Below, piece after piece: positions 47,959 through 57,693 of a stretch of 64,000 nucleotides of DNA. The notes under the pieces are model-generated. The model made no database searches and was not told the DNA's origin. It saw nothing but the letters and a program-made list of their open reading frames with translations. The first letter of the stretch is position 1. Each line of letters opens with the position of its first letter. The stretch covers positions 200-64,199 of the forward strand of contig JANQPG010000048.1 of NCBI GenBank assembly GCA_028289545.1, written 5' to 3'. The position numbers and the translations under genes are program-made. Source of the DNA: Woeseiaceae bacterium (lineage in GTDB: Bacteria; Pseudomonadota; Gammaproteobacteria; Steroidobacterales; Woeseiaceae).

Positions 47959-49467
47959 TTGGCCCCGGCTCGTCAATCCCGCCGAGTTCTCGTTGTCCTC
48001 GGCAATCAGCTGTTCCCGCTCGAACACGTAAGGGCAATTGCGCCTGATGCCATCTTCATGGCCGAGGACCTGGGGCTCTGCACTTACGTGCGCCACCATC
48101 AGCAGAAGATTGTGCTGTTCCTCGCCGCAATGCGCCGCTATCGCGACACGCTCGAAGCACAGGGTCTGAGTGTGCATTACGTCGATCTCGAAAGCGGCGC
48201 GGGCCGGAGCTACGAGGACCATCTCGCGTCGGTCGTCGGTGAGGACGCCGAGCTCGTGCATTTCGAGATCGAAGACAAGCCAATGGAATCGCGCATTGTC
48301 GCCTTTGCCGAAGAGCGTGGGCTGGCTCGCCGCGAGCTGTCGTCGCCGATGTTCCTGACGGGCCGCGACGACTTTGCGAGTTACGCGCGAGGTCGGAAGA
48401 CGCTGCGCATGGCCGATTTCTACAAGCGCGAACGCATTCGGCAGGGGCTGTTGCTCGAAACGGGCAATGCGCCCGTCGGCGGGCGCTGGAGCTACGACGA
48501 GGACAATCGCAAGAAACTGCCGCGGAACATGCAGCCGCCCTCGCTGGTCGGGCCGTCGCCAGGGCCGCACGTCGCGGATGTGATTGAACTCGTGGCCGAG
48601 CGTTTTGCGTCGCATCCGGGTAATGCGCGCGACTTCTGGTGGCCGACAACGCGCGAGGAAGCACTTGCGTGGCTGGAGCGCTTCATCGCCGAGCGACTCG
48701 AGCTGTTTGGGCCCTACGAGGACGCAATGAGCATTCGTTCGGCAACGCTGTTCCACAGCGTGCTGAGCCCCGTGTTGAACCTGGGCCTGATCACGCCTGA
48801 CGAGCTGGTTTCGCGAGCCTGCGACGCTTATCAGGAACAGAACCTGCCGCTCAACAGCATCGAAGGTTTTGTTCGGCAGGTCATCGGCTGGCGCGAATTT
48901 ATCCGCGGTGTTTACCGCGAGCACAGCGAGACTCAGGAACACAGCAATTTTTTTGGGCATCAACGCGGGCTCACCCGCGCCTGGTACGAGGGTACAACGG
49001 GCATCGAACCGCTGGACGACACGATAAAGACGGCACTGGATCTCGGCTGGACTCACCACATACCGAGGCTCATGGTGGCCGGTAACCTGATGACGTTGTG
49101 CGAAGTACATCCGGGCGAAGCTCACCGCTGGTTCATGGAAATGTACGTCGACTCCTCGGAATGGGTGATGGGACCCAACGTGTACGGCATGGCGCTGTTC
49201 AGCGACGGCGGGCTGTTTGCGACCAAGCCTTACATTTGCGGCTCCAACTACCTCAAAAAGATGAGCGACTACAAGAAAGGACCGTGGTGCGACATCGTCG
49301 ACGGCCTGTATTGGCGGTTTATCGATCGGCACCGCAAGTTTTTTGCCGGTAACCCGCGGCTGGCGCTGATGCCGAGAGCGCTTGATCGACAGTCCAAGCA
49401 GCGGCTGGACACTATTTTTACCGCAGCGGAAGCATTTCTCGAAAAACACACGACTTCTTGTCCATAG
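47959..49467 (+). CDS. cryptochrome/photolyase-related protein (COG3046 type)
   Basis: TTG start 2 nt after the upstream stop. WFMEMYVDSSEWVMGPNVYGM and KPYICGSNYLKKMSDY segments typical of this group. Confidence 0.85.
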   Translation: MAPARQSRRVLVVLGNQLFPLEHVRAIAPDAIFMAEDLGLCTYVRHHQQKIVLFLAAMRRYRDTLEAQGLSVHYVDLESGAGRSYEDHLASVVGEDAELVHFEIEDKPMESRIVAFAEERGLARRELSSPMFLTGRDDFASYARGRKTLRMADFYKRERIRQGLLLETGNAPVGGRWSYDEDNRKKLPRNMQPPSLVGPSPGPHVADVIELVAERFASHPGNARDFWWPTTREEALAWLERFIAERLELFGPYEDAMSIRSATLFHSVLSPVLNLGLITPDELVSRACDAYQEQNLPLNSIEGFVRQVIGWREFIRGVYREHSETQEHSNFFGHQRGLTRAWYEGTTGIEPLDDTIKTALDLGWTHHIPRLMVAGNLMTLCEVHPGEAHRWFMEMYVDSSEWVMGPNVYGMALFSDGGLFATKPYICGSNYLKKMSDYKKGPWCDIVDGLYWRFIDRHRKFFAGNPRLALMPRALDRQSKQRLDTIFTAAEAFLEKHTTSCP

Positions 49468-49589
49468 AGTGTCTAGTTACGAGCTGAAACAATCTTAAAC
49501 ATTGTTGAAACCCTCCGCCGCTACGGCGCTGCTAGTGTCCTGTCTCCCCCTACATACACCCCAACGAATGATCTGAGGAGAGACTGGAC

Positions 49590-50105
49590 ATGATTCGTAC
49601 AGCCAGCACATTTGCCGCGTTTGCGGTAATCGCCACCGTATTTTTTGGTGCTTCCGCCGCCAACGCAGGTAACCACGGCGGCTCCAAAGCGATGGACAAA
49701 AAAGACATCGTGGACACGGCGGTTGCCGCCGGCAGTTTCACGACCCTGGCAGCAGCACTCGAAGCCGCCGACCTGATCGAGACCCTGAAAGGCGACGGAC
49801 CGTTTACGGTGTTTGCGCCGACCGACGACGCTTTCGCGGCGCTGCCCGCCGGCACGGTCGAGTCGCTGTTGAAGCCCGAGAATAAGGACCAGCTCGTTGC
49901 CGTGCTGACCTATCACGTCGTGCCCGGCAAGGTGAAGGCCAAAGATGTCGTAACGCTCGACAGCGCCGCTACGGTCAACGGCAAGTCCGTCACGATTGCG
50001 GCCAGCGATGCCGGTGTCACCGTGGACGGCGCCAACGTGGTCAAAACGGACATCATGACCAGCAATGGCGTCATCCACGTGATCGACGCCGTTATCCTGC
50101 CTTAA
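49590..50105 (+). CDS. secreted fasciclin (FAS1) domain protein
   Basis: Signal peptide. [49 protein letters not shown]. Confidence 0.9.
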   Translation: MIRTASTFAAFAVIATVFFGASAANAGNHGGSKAMDKKDIVDTAVAAGSFTTLAAALEAADLIETLKGDGPFTVFAPTDDAFAALPAGTVESLLKPENKDQLVAVLTYHVVPGKVKAKDVVTLDSAATVNGKSVTIAASDAGVTVDGANVVKTDIMTSNGVIHVIDAVILP

Positions 50106-50167
50106 GCACGCTGTGCCATTGGCTTTATTACAGTCCGAGAATAACTCCGACACAGGGACGTGCCGGA

Positions 50168-50193
50168 GCTTCGCCGCCGCAAGGCGGCGAAGC
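50168..50193 (+). other. 11-bp stem hairpin with GCAA tetraloop between the fasciclin and SDR genes
   Basis: GCTTCGCCGCC-GCAA-GGCGGCGAAGC. No U-tract follows. Confidence 0.4.
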
Positions 50194-50203
50194 CGTGCCC
50201 GCC

Positions 50204-50959
50204 ATGTTTGCCTGGCAAGACGCTGACAGCCAGTTACGCGTCGTCGTCGCGGGCAGCGGGGGCGGGATCGGCCGTGCAATTGTCGAGGCATTGCTCGAGC
50301 GGCCCGGCGTGGGCAAGGTTTACGCGCTGACCCGACGCCCTGAGCAGGGCGCTGCCCCGGGTGCTGATACCGGTTCGCGACTCGAACAACGGCGTGCGGA
50401 TATCGGCAGTGATGATTCACTCGCGGCCCTCGCGGCTTCGATTTCCGCGCCGATCGACCTCGTCATTGTCGCCAGCGGCGTCCTCCACAGTGAGGCACTG
50501 GCGCCGGAGCGGCGCAGCCGCGACCTCGACGCTGCTGCAATGCTTGAGGTGCTGCGGATCAACACCGTCGTGCCGGCGTTGATCGGCAAACACTTTCTCC
50601 CTCTGCTCAACAAGCGGCGGAAGGCGGCTTTCACGGCGCTGTCGGCCCGCGTCGGCAGCATCGCTGACAACCGCCTCGGCGGCTGGACCTCGTACCGCGC
50701 CTCCAAAGCTGCACTCAATATGCTGCTCAAGAACTTTGCAATCGAGTTCCGCCGCAGTCATCCGCTGGCGGTCGTGGCGGGTCTGCATCCCGGCACCGTC
50801 GATACGGCATTGTCGAAGCCGTTTACCGGGCGGGTTCCGGCGGAGCAGTTGTTTACGCCGGAGCGCTCCGCCGCCTATCTCCTCGACGTGATCGACCGCC
50901 TGGAGCCCGCTGACTCGGGCAGCGTGTTCGCCTGGGACGGGCAGAGGATCCCGTATTGA
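50204..50959 (+). CDS. SDR-family oxidoreductase (C-factor-like)
   Basis: VVVAGSGGGIGRA and YRASKAAL. ATG 50204. Confidence 0.85.
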   Translation: MFAWQDADSQLRVVVAGSGGGIGRAIVEALLERPGVGKVYALTRRPEQGAAPGADTGSRLEQRRADIGSDDSLAALAASISAPIDLVIVASGVLHSEALAPERRSRDLDAAAMLEVLRINTVVPALIGKHFLPLLNKRRKAAFTALSARVGSIADNRLGGWTSYRASKAALNMLLKNFAIEFRRSHPLAVVAGLHPGTVDTALSKPFTGRVPAEQLFTPERSAAYLLDVIDRLEPADSGSVFAWDGQRIPY

Positions 50960-51609
50960 CTCCCGCGCGCCCTAAAGTAATGACAGCGGTCGTCGCGGCC
51001 GTGCTCATCGGGCTTCTGACCGATATGGCCGTTGCTCTCGAGGAGCCCGCTTACACCGTGATCGAAAACCGCGGCGACTACGAGATACGTCACTACGAAC
51101 CGTACATCGTGGCCGAATTCGAATTTGCCGCGGCTTCCGAGCGCAGCGCCGGCGGCAACGCCTTCCGGGTCCTCGCAGCGTACATTTTCGGCGACAACAG
51201 CGAGCGCAAGAAAATGGCCATGACCGCACCCGTGGAGACCAGTCTGGCTCTCCCGTCCACGGCGGACACGGCTCGAGTAGTCGAGGGCAACCGCTACGTG
51301 TACTCCTTCGTCATGGAGCGCCGCTACACGCAGGAGACGTTACCGGAGCCACTGGATCCTCGTATTCATATTCGCGAGCGTCCCGCCCGCTACGTTGCCG
51401 CGCTGCGTTATTCCGGCAGCGGCGGCGAGTCGCGTTACCGGCGCCACCGCAACAAGCTGGCGCTGTTGCTGCGCGCCGATCGACTCTCGACGGCCTCCGG
51501 GTACAGCTTCGCGCGCTACGATAGTCCGTGGACGCCGCCGGGGCAGCGGCGTAACGAAGTGCTGGTCGATATCGACTGGCGGGAGCAGCGAGCCTCCACC
51601 AGCCGCTGA
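50956..51609 (+). CDS. SOUL heme-binding family protein
   Basis: Signal peptide. YEIRHYEP, AAYIFGDN, MAMTAPV. The start overlaps the SDR stop. Confidence 0.85.
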   Translation: MTPARPKVMTAVVAAVLIGLLTDMAVALEEPAYTVIENRGDYEIRHYEPYIVAEFEFAAASERSAGGNAFRVLAAYIFGDNSERKKMAMTAPVETSLALPSTADTARVVEGNRYVYSFVMERRYTQETLPEPLDPRIHIRERPARYVAALRYSGSGGESRYRRHRNKLALLLRADRLSTASGYSFARYDSPWTPPGQRRNEVLVDIDWREQRASTSR

Positions 51610-51749
51610 GCTTCGGGCAAGGCTCCCACCAGTCGTTCCGGGTGCGGCCGAAATCCAGGCTTAACGCATCTGTAAGCCCTTGTTCACATCCGTTGGGAAG
51701 AATTCGGCGGCTGCTTTCTGCAGACCCCTTTCCTTACGGAGAATCAAGC

Positions 51750-54296
51750 ATGTTTAACAACAACAAAGGCGCCCTGCTGAGCCTGGCGCTCGTGCTGCCG
51801 GTTTTCATGGCGGCCTGCGAAGGTGACGACGGTGCACCCGGAGCGACCGGTCCGACGGGCCCCGCCGGTACACCCGGCGCCGACGGCAACAATGCATTGA
51901 TCGTACAAACGCCGCTCGCCGCTGGCAGCGCCAGTTGCCCGAACGGCGGCGTCCGGATTGACACCGGTACCGATCTGGACGGTAACGGAACGCTGGACCC
52001 CAATGAAATCGAGCAGACCTCCACGCTGTGCAATTCGGCGACGGCCAAGGTCTTCAACCGTATCGCGTCGTTCCCGGTCTGCACGCAGATCGATGTGAAC
52101 TGCGATACCGAAGTGGAAACGGCTGCCGAGATCGTGACGGCAAGCGCCGACGGCGCGACGCTGATTTACACCGACAGCCCGCGCGGCGCGATTGGTTTTA
52201 TCGACCTGAGCGACCCGACGGCTCCGACAGGCACCGGCACGACCGACGTGTCTGGAGAACCGACGTCGGTTGCGGTTGCGGGCGAACTCGCGGTTGTTGG
52301 CGTCAACACGTCCCCGGATTTTGTGAACCCCTCGGGTAACCTTGCGGTTGTCGACATTGCCACGCAGATGGTTGTCGGAACCGTGACGCTTGACGGCCAG
52401 CCCGACTCGGTCGCCGTGAGCCCTGATGGCGCCTACGCTGCGGTCGTGATCGAAAACGAACGCGACGAAGACTTCGCGCCGACCGACGGTGCGCCGCCCC
52501 AGCTTCCCGCCGGCAGCCTGCAGATCGTCGACCTGAGCGGTCCGGTTGCGGGATGGTCGGCAACCACCGTCAGCCTGACGGGTATCGCGACGCTGTTCCC
52601 GAGCGATCCGGAACCCGAATACGTCGACATCAACGAGGACAACGTGGCTGTGGTTACGCTGCAGGAAAACAACCACATTGTGCTCGTGGATCTCACCACC
52701 GGCACGGTGACGGGCAACTTCAGCGCCGGCACCGTCGATCTGGCGGGTATCGACGCCACCGAAGGCGAGGGTGATGCCGACAAGAACATCATCCGTCAGA
52801 ACGAAATGCTGATGGGTGTGCCGAGGGAACCCGACGGCGTCGCGTGGATCAACACGAGCCTGTTTGCGACGGCCGACGAAGGTGACCTCGACGGCGGCAG
52901 CCGCGGCTTCACGATCTTCAACACGTCGGGCGATGTTGTGTTCACGAGCGGCAACACGAACGATCGGCTGGTGGCGCGCCTGGGACACTATCCGGACGAG
53001 CGTTCGGGCAACAAGGGCAACGAACCCGAAAACGCGGAAGTGGGTCACTACGACGGCAACGCGCTGCTCATCGTCGCCTCGGAGCGCTCCAGCGTCTTGT
53101 TCGTCTACGACGTCAGCGATCCCGTCCAGCCCGTGCTGACGCAGGTACTGCCGGCCGGCACGGCACCCGAAGGCGTGTTTGCGCTCACCGCCCGCAATCT
53201 GCTCGTTGCGGCGAGCGAGGAAGACTCGCGTGACGATCAGATTCGCTCCGTCGTCAACGTCTATCGTTACGAAGTGGCGGACCCAACCTATCCGAGCCTG
53301 ATGTCGGCCGATCGCATGGACGGCAGCCCGATACCCTGGGGTGCAGTTTCGGGCCTGGCCGCGGACATCAACGATCCCTTGCGCCTGTACGCGATCGAAG
53401 ACAGCTTCTACGGCGAGAACCGCATATTCGGCATCGACATCAGCAAGTTCCCCGCCGTCATCGACCAGGAAATCACGCTGCGCGACACCAATGACGTGTT
53501 CGCTGCGGTTCCGACCGAAATGCTGGCGGACCCCACCGTCGATGAAGACGACGCGACCCGTGTCGACGTATTCGACGAGGCGGATCTTGCGCTGCTGATC
53601 AACGCCGACAAGACTGTCAACATCGATCCGGAAGGTATTGCGGTCGCCACGGCGGGCGGTTTCTGGGTCGCGTCCGAGGGCGCCGGCGGCGTTGGCGACC
53701 AGCCCGTCAACAGCCAGAACTTCATCTTCAAGACGGACGCGGCCGGCGTGATCGAGGCTGTCGTGACCCTGCCGGATGCGCTCAACGCACAACAGCGCCG
53801 GTTCGGTTTCGAAGGCATCGCGGAGTACAACGGCGCTGCTTACGTGACCTTCCAGCGCGAGTGGCCGCTGGCCGGCGACATGGGCGTTGCGCGTATCGGC
53901 GTCTACGACCTGACGGCCGAAACCTGGATCTTCCTGAACTATCCGCTGGATGCGGTCGAGTCACAGGACGGCGGTTGGGTGGGTCTGTCCGATATCACCT
54001 CGCTCGGCAACGGCGAATTCCTCGTCATCGAGCGCGACAACAAGGCGGGGCCGGACGCGGCCATCAAGCGCCTGTATCGCTTCGACGTAACGGGTCTCGC
54101 CGATGGCGCGGACATTACCAAGACGCTGGTTCGCGACCTGGTCCCCGACCTCGTGGCGACGGGCGGACTGGTTGTCGACAAGGTTGAGGGCAGTGCCGTG
54201 ACGTCAAACGGCGACGTGTGGATCGTCAACGACAACGACGGCGTCGACGACAGCAACGGCGAAACCCGTCTGATCAACCTGGGCGATATCCTCTAG
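51750..54296 (+). CDS. large surface lipoprotein: collagen-like triplets + beta-propeller (choice-of-anchor-I-like) + phytase-like esterase domain
   Basis: ATG 51750 after GGAGA. Lipobox FMAAC. Seven G-X-Y triplets at 51822-51887. The C-terminal region GFEGIAEYNGAAYVTFQREW resembles phytase-like esterase domains. Confidence 0.8.
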   Translation: MFNNNKGALLSLALVLPVFMAACEGDDGAPGATGPTGPAGTPGADGNNALIVQTPLAAGSASCPNGGVRIDTGTDLDGNGTLDPNEIEQTSTLCNSATAKVFNRIASFPVCTQIDVNCDTEVETAAEIVTASADGATLIYTDSPRGAIGFIDLSDPTAPTGTGTTDVSGEPTSVAVAGELAVVGVNTSPDFVNPSGNLAVVDIATQMVVGTVTLDGQPDSVAVSPDGAYAAVVIENERDEDFAPTDGAPPQLPAGSLQIVDLSGPVAGWSATTVSLTGIATLFPSDPEPEYVDINEDNVAVVTLQENNHIVLVDLTTGTVTGNFSAGTVDLAGIDATEGEGDADKNIIRQNEMLMGVPREPDGVAWINTSLFATADEGDLDGGSRGFTIFNTSGDVVFTSGNTNDRLVARLGHYPDERSGNKGNEPENAEVGHYDGNALLIVASERSSVLFVYDVSDPVQPVLTQVLPAGTAPEGVFALTARNLLVAASEEDSRDDQIRSVVNVYRYEVADPTYPSLMSADRMDGSPIPWGAVSGLAADINDPLRLYAIEDSFYGENRIFGIDISKFPAVIDQEITLRDTNDVFAAVPTEMLADPTVDEDDATRVDVFDEADLALLINADKTVNIDPEGIAVATAGGFWVASEGAGGVGDQPVNSQNFIFKTDAAGVIEAVVTLPDALNAQQRRFGFEGIAEYNGAAYVTFQREWPLAGDMGVARIGVYDLTAETWIFLNYPLDAVESQDGGWVGLSDITSLGNGEFLVIERDNKAGPDAAIKRLYRFDVTGLADGADITKTLVRDLVPDLVATGGLVVDKVEGSAVTSNGDVWIVNDNDGVDDSNGETRLINLGDIL

Positions 54297-54350
54297 CGTC
54301 GGTCGCCTCGTCGGCGACGGGGCGTCAGGAAAGTACGAGGGAAAAATGTG

Positions 54351-54379
54351 CAAGGGCCGGCGGGGGATGCCGGCCCTTG
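54351..54379. terminator. hairpin between convergent genes
   Basis: CAAGGGCCGGC-7 nt-GCCGGCCCTTG. A5 upstream (a U-tract for the minus strand). Confidence 0.55.
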
Positions 54380-54459
54380 CCAATGTGCCGCTGCGAAGTG
54401 GCGGAGTGTTGCCGTTCGATCCGGCCGTTCCGGCATGCCGCAATGAAAGCGAGACCGGT

Positions 54460-55305
54460 TCAGAGGTCTATACGACCCTTCCGGCAAACCGCAATGAATG
54501 CCAACCCCATAAGCACGAGCAGAAAAATGGTGCCGCTGCTGCCGCCGCCGCCCGAGCCATTGGTCCAGGCTACTGTTGCGCTTTGTCCGGCCTTGACCTC
54601 TTCCTCGAAGCGGCCGAGTTCGCGATCGAGATTGACGATCATGTCTTCGTTCGCTGCCGTGAATCCCTCTCCCTTCAGGATCCTCAAGTCACGCGCGTTG
54701 TCGAACAGCGTCGTGTTCTCCTGTTCGGCATGTGTTCCCGGCGCGCGAAACAGGAGCGCCGCGGTGTTGACGTCGAAGACGGCCGTGTCGATCATCGTCT
54801 GCACCTCGTTCGAGTTGCCTTTGATGAACGTCGTGCCAATGATGGTCCAATACAAAATGGATGATTCGCGCTCGCCCGAGAACGTGATCTGGTCGTAGGA
54901 CACAAGCGCCATGACATCCACTCCGTACATGGCGGCCACCTGCCGCATGCCGACGACGCCATTGGCGCTCTTGAGGTACTGCTCGGGAATGGTTTCGATC
55001 GAGCTGATGTAGGGGCGCTCGCGAAAGGCGTCAGCGACGCGTTCCATGAGCACGGTCTTGTCGGCGCCACCCAGATCGCGCCAGCCCGAAGACGGCACGA
55101 AGGCAATTCCGACCCGAAGCGGTAGTTCGAGCGCCGGCAGCTGGTCGCTGACCGACGGCGGGATTTCGCCGTCGGGATACAGGTAATCGACGAGACTGCT
55201 CGATGCGCCCGTGCGCACCTGTTCTTGGCTGCCCATCAGGAAACTGCAGCCGCAAAACAACGGCAGACAAAGGAATGTGAAGGCAATGCGGTGTGTTCCG
55301 ATCAT
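54460..55305 (-). CDS. lipoprotein with C-terminal GlyGly-CTERM sorting signal (rhombotarget lipoprotein type)
   Basis: N-terminus LCLPLFCGCS (lipobox). C-terminus NGSGGGGSSGTIFLLVLMGLAFIAVCRKGRIDL (Gly run, TM helix, basic tail). Confidence 0.75.
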   Translation of the reverse strand: MIGTHRIAFTFLCLPLFCGCSFLMGSQEQVRTGASSSLVDYLYPDGEIPPSVSDQLPALELPLRVGIAFVPSSGWRDLGGADKTVLMERVADAFRERPYISSIETIPEQYLKSANGVVGMRQVAAMYGVDVMALVSYDQITFSGERESSILYWTIIGTTFIKGNSNEVQTMIDTAVFDVNTAALLFRAPGTHAEQENTTLFDNARDLRILKGEGFTAANEDMIVNLDRELGRFEEEVKAGQSATVAWTNGSGGGGSSGTIFLLVLMGLAFIAVCRKGRIDL

Positions 55306-55396
55306 GCTGACCCTCCTTTGAGTTCCGGAGTAAAACTAAATGAGGGGTCAGATATCGCAACAAAAATAAAAAAAGTTGCGACCGTTTAACCTTCAG

Positions 55397-55413
55397 GTAT
55401 CGTATAACGATAC
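55397..55413. promoter_or_regulatory. palindrome GTATCGT-ATA-ACGATAC in an AT-rich divergent promoter
   Basis: 7-bp perfect arms, 22 nt upstream of the GTG 55435 of the HTH gene. Confidence 0.4.
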
Positions 55414-55434
55414 TTTTTGAAAGGAGAGCTCGCT

Positions 55435-56199
55435 GTGTCTCAAACCCACGCGCTCGTGGCCGAGCTCAAACGGGCCATGAAGGAGGCCGGCCGGACCTAT
55501 CGCGATCTGGCGGCGCATCTGGAGCTCAGCGAAGCCAGCGTCAAGCGCATGTTTGCGCAACAGGGCTTCTCGATGGAACGGATGGAGCAGTCGCTGGCGT
55601 TCATCGGACTGGATTTTTGGGAGCTGGTGGAGCGGGTCAATTCGAGGCGAGAGTTCCTGAGCGAGCTGACGGCTGAGCAGGAAGCGGCTCTGGTCAGCGA
55701 CCCCGACTTTTTTGTGGTTACCTTTCTCGTCCTGAACCGCTGGTCCCTGGCCGAGATCGTGAGCGAATACGAGTTCAGCGAGCGGCAGGTCGAGCAGGTT
55801 CTCTTCAAGCTGAATCGCCTCAACGTGATTGAATTGCTGCCGCTCAATCGCTACCGCCTGCTGACCTCGAGAAACTTTGCATGGCGCCGTCAGGGCAGCG
55901 TCAGCCAGTTCTTCAAACAGCGCGTCATGCCCGAGTTCTTCAGCAGCGATTTCGCCGGGCCCGGTGAGGAAATGCGGATACTCGGCGGCATGTTGTCGGC
56001 GGCCAGCATTGCGGAAATGCAGGAGGGTGTTATGCGGCTTGCAAGACGTTTCGCCGAACTGGCCGAGCAGGATTCAACCCTGCCGCTCGAAGGCAAGACC
56101 GGCTGCAGCGCCGTGCTCGCCTTCCGGCCGATCGAGTACTCGATGTTCGTCGAGCGTCGGCGCGCGGATCGGCCCGTGCGGCGCCTCAAGCTCGGTTGA
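55435..56199 (+). CDS. HTH transcriptional regulator with uncharacterised C-terminal domain
   Basis: GTG 55435 after AAAGGAGAG. RTYRDLAAHLELSEASVKRMF HTH. Confidence 0.75.
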   Translation: MSQTHALVAELKRAMKEAGRTYRDLAAHLELSEASVKRMFAQQGFSMERMEQSLAFIGLDFWELVERVNSRREFLSELTAEQEAALVSDPDFFVVTFLVLNRWSLAEIVSEYEFSERQVEQVLFKLNRLNVIELLPLNRYRLLTSRNFAWRRQGSVSQFFKQRVMPEFFSSDFAGPGEEMRILGGMLSAASIAEMQEGVMRLARRFAELAEQDSTLPLEGKTGCSAVLAFRPIEYSMFVERRRADRPVRRLKLG

Positions 56200-56314
56200 C
56201 GTGAGGCCGTTCCTGGGTTCGCGGAACTTGTGTTGCTAGGATGCATCGAACCGGCGGCCCGAGTGTCTCAATGCATTTCAGAAGCTCCGTCGGGGCAAAC
56301 AGCGAACTGACCTG

Positions 56315-57676
56315 ATGTTCAGAATTCCAGGAAAAGTGATCTCGCCCGAACGGATCGAATCGATCTTCGATTCGGTCGACGCGGCGCTGGAAGCGCAAGA
56401 CTCCAAGCTCGCGTGGAAACGGCTGAAACCGCTCCGGCGGGCGCAGGCGCGCCAGGAAGACGTTGCTGAACGCCTGCTCGATCTCGTTGAGCAGCGCCGG
56501 CTGCCTGTTGAGAACGGCCTGGAGATACTCGAGCGTGTTGCCGAGGCACACGCGGGCAATCCAATGATCGTCGGGCAGATCGGAGCAAGCACGGAAGGTG
56601 CGCGCGATCTCGACCAGCTCAATCTCGCCGCGCCGGCTGAGGTCTTTTTTGCTGATCTGGTTCAGCGTATCGAGCGCCTGCTCGACGATGCGGACGACGC
56701 AAAGATCGAAACACAGCTGCTTTCGGGGCTGGCGACCGCCGCTCGAATGATGGCGCGGCAATGTGACGACGTGGCCGACCGTGCTTACCAGCGGCTTATC
56801 GAACTGTCGCCGGACCGGAGCTCGACACACTACAACTACGGTCTGTACCTCAAAACTCGTGGCCGCTTCCGGGAGGGTATGCAGGCGAACCAGCGCGCCG
56901 CCGCGCTGGCGGCGGAGCCCGTGGAAGCTTACGACTGGAACCTGGGGATCTGCGCAACGGCAGCCGGTGAGGCGCGGACGGCGCTTGCCGTGTGGAAACG
57001 CCTGGGTCAGAAGATCGAGATGGGTCGCTACGGCTTGCCGGACGGCGGCTATCCGTCCTGCAAAGTGATGCTGGCCGAGCGGCCGCTCGCCGAGCGCAGC
57101 GCGGACAACGACAATCCTGGACTCCAGGAAACAATCTGGATAGAACGCCTGAGTCCCTGCCACGGGATCGTCCGCAGCGTGCTCTATCAGGATCTGGGAG
57201 TAGACTACGGCGACGTTGTGCTGATGGATGGAGCGCCGGTGACCTATCACCGCTACGGCGATCGCGAGGTCCCGGTGTTTCCGCACCTGGCAACGCTCGT
57301 GAGAAACCACTACCGCTTTTTCGATTTCGCCGGTACCCAGGAGAAGGCCGGTCAGATCGACAGTATCGACAGAGAGCTCGACGGCGACATTGCTGTCTAC
57401 CCACACAGCGAAAACTTCGTCACGCTGTGCTCGAGTTGCTTCCGGGATCCCGATATCGATCACGAGCAACACGGCGCGGAACAGCATCACGTCGTCACGG
57501 GACGTATCGCAATGCCGCCGGACACCGACGCCGGCCGGCTGCTGGATCAGCTCGACGCGCTGCTCGCGAAGTCGGACTCTTGCCGCCTGTATGTCCCGGC
57601 ACTCGCCGAGGCGGCCGGAGAGCCGGAACGTTCGCGCGTCGACCAGCGCCGCTACGACATGCTGACGCAGAACTGA
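56315..57676 (+). CDS. hypothetical 453-aa protein (helical TPR-like N-half, unknown C-half)
   Basis: Balanced composition, in contrast with the Arg-rich antisense ORF 56186..57793. No recognisable catalytic motif. Confidence 0.7.
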   Translation: MFRIPGKVISPERIESIFDSVDAALEAQDSKLAWKRLKPLRRAQARQEDVAERLLDLVEQRRLPVENGLEILERVAEAHAGNPMIVGQIGASTEGARDLDQLNLAAPAEVFFADLVQRIERLLDDADDAKIETQLLSGLATAARMMARQCDDVADRAYQRLIELSPDRSSTHYNYGLYLKTRGRFREGMQANQRAAALAAEPVEAYDWNLGICATAAGEARTALAVWKRLGQKIEMGRYGLPDGGYPSCKVMLAERPLAERSADNDNPGLQETIWIERLSPCHGIVRSVLYQDLGVDYGDVVLMDGAPVTYHRYGDREVPVFPHLATLVRNHYRFFDFAGTQEKAGQIDSIDRELDGDIAVYPHSENFVTLCSSCFRDPDIDHEQHGAEQHHVVTGRIAMPPDTDAGRLLDQLDALLAKSDSCRLYVPALAEAAGEPERSRVDQRRYDMLTQN

Positions 57677-57693
57677 CGGCGCGCCGCGGCTCC

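Noticed and set aside
47680-49449. 589-aa minus-strand ORF
   Set aside because: It is antisense to the photolyase-related gene. Arg-rich, no motifs.
51822-51887. Collagen-like G-X-Y run as a hypervariable tandem DNA repeat
   Set aside because: There are only seven triplets with non-identical codons. This is a short protein linker, not a DNA-level repeat array.
51744-53792. 682-aa minus-strand ORF
   Set aside because: It is antisense to the large lipoprotein gene. Arg/Val/Asp/Gly-rich shadow frame.
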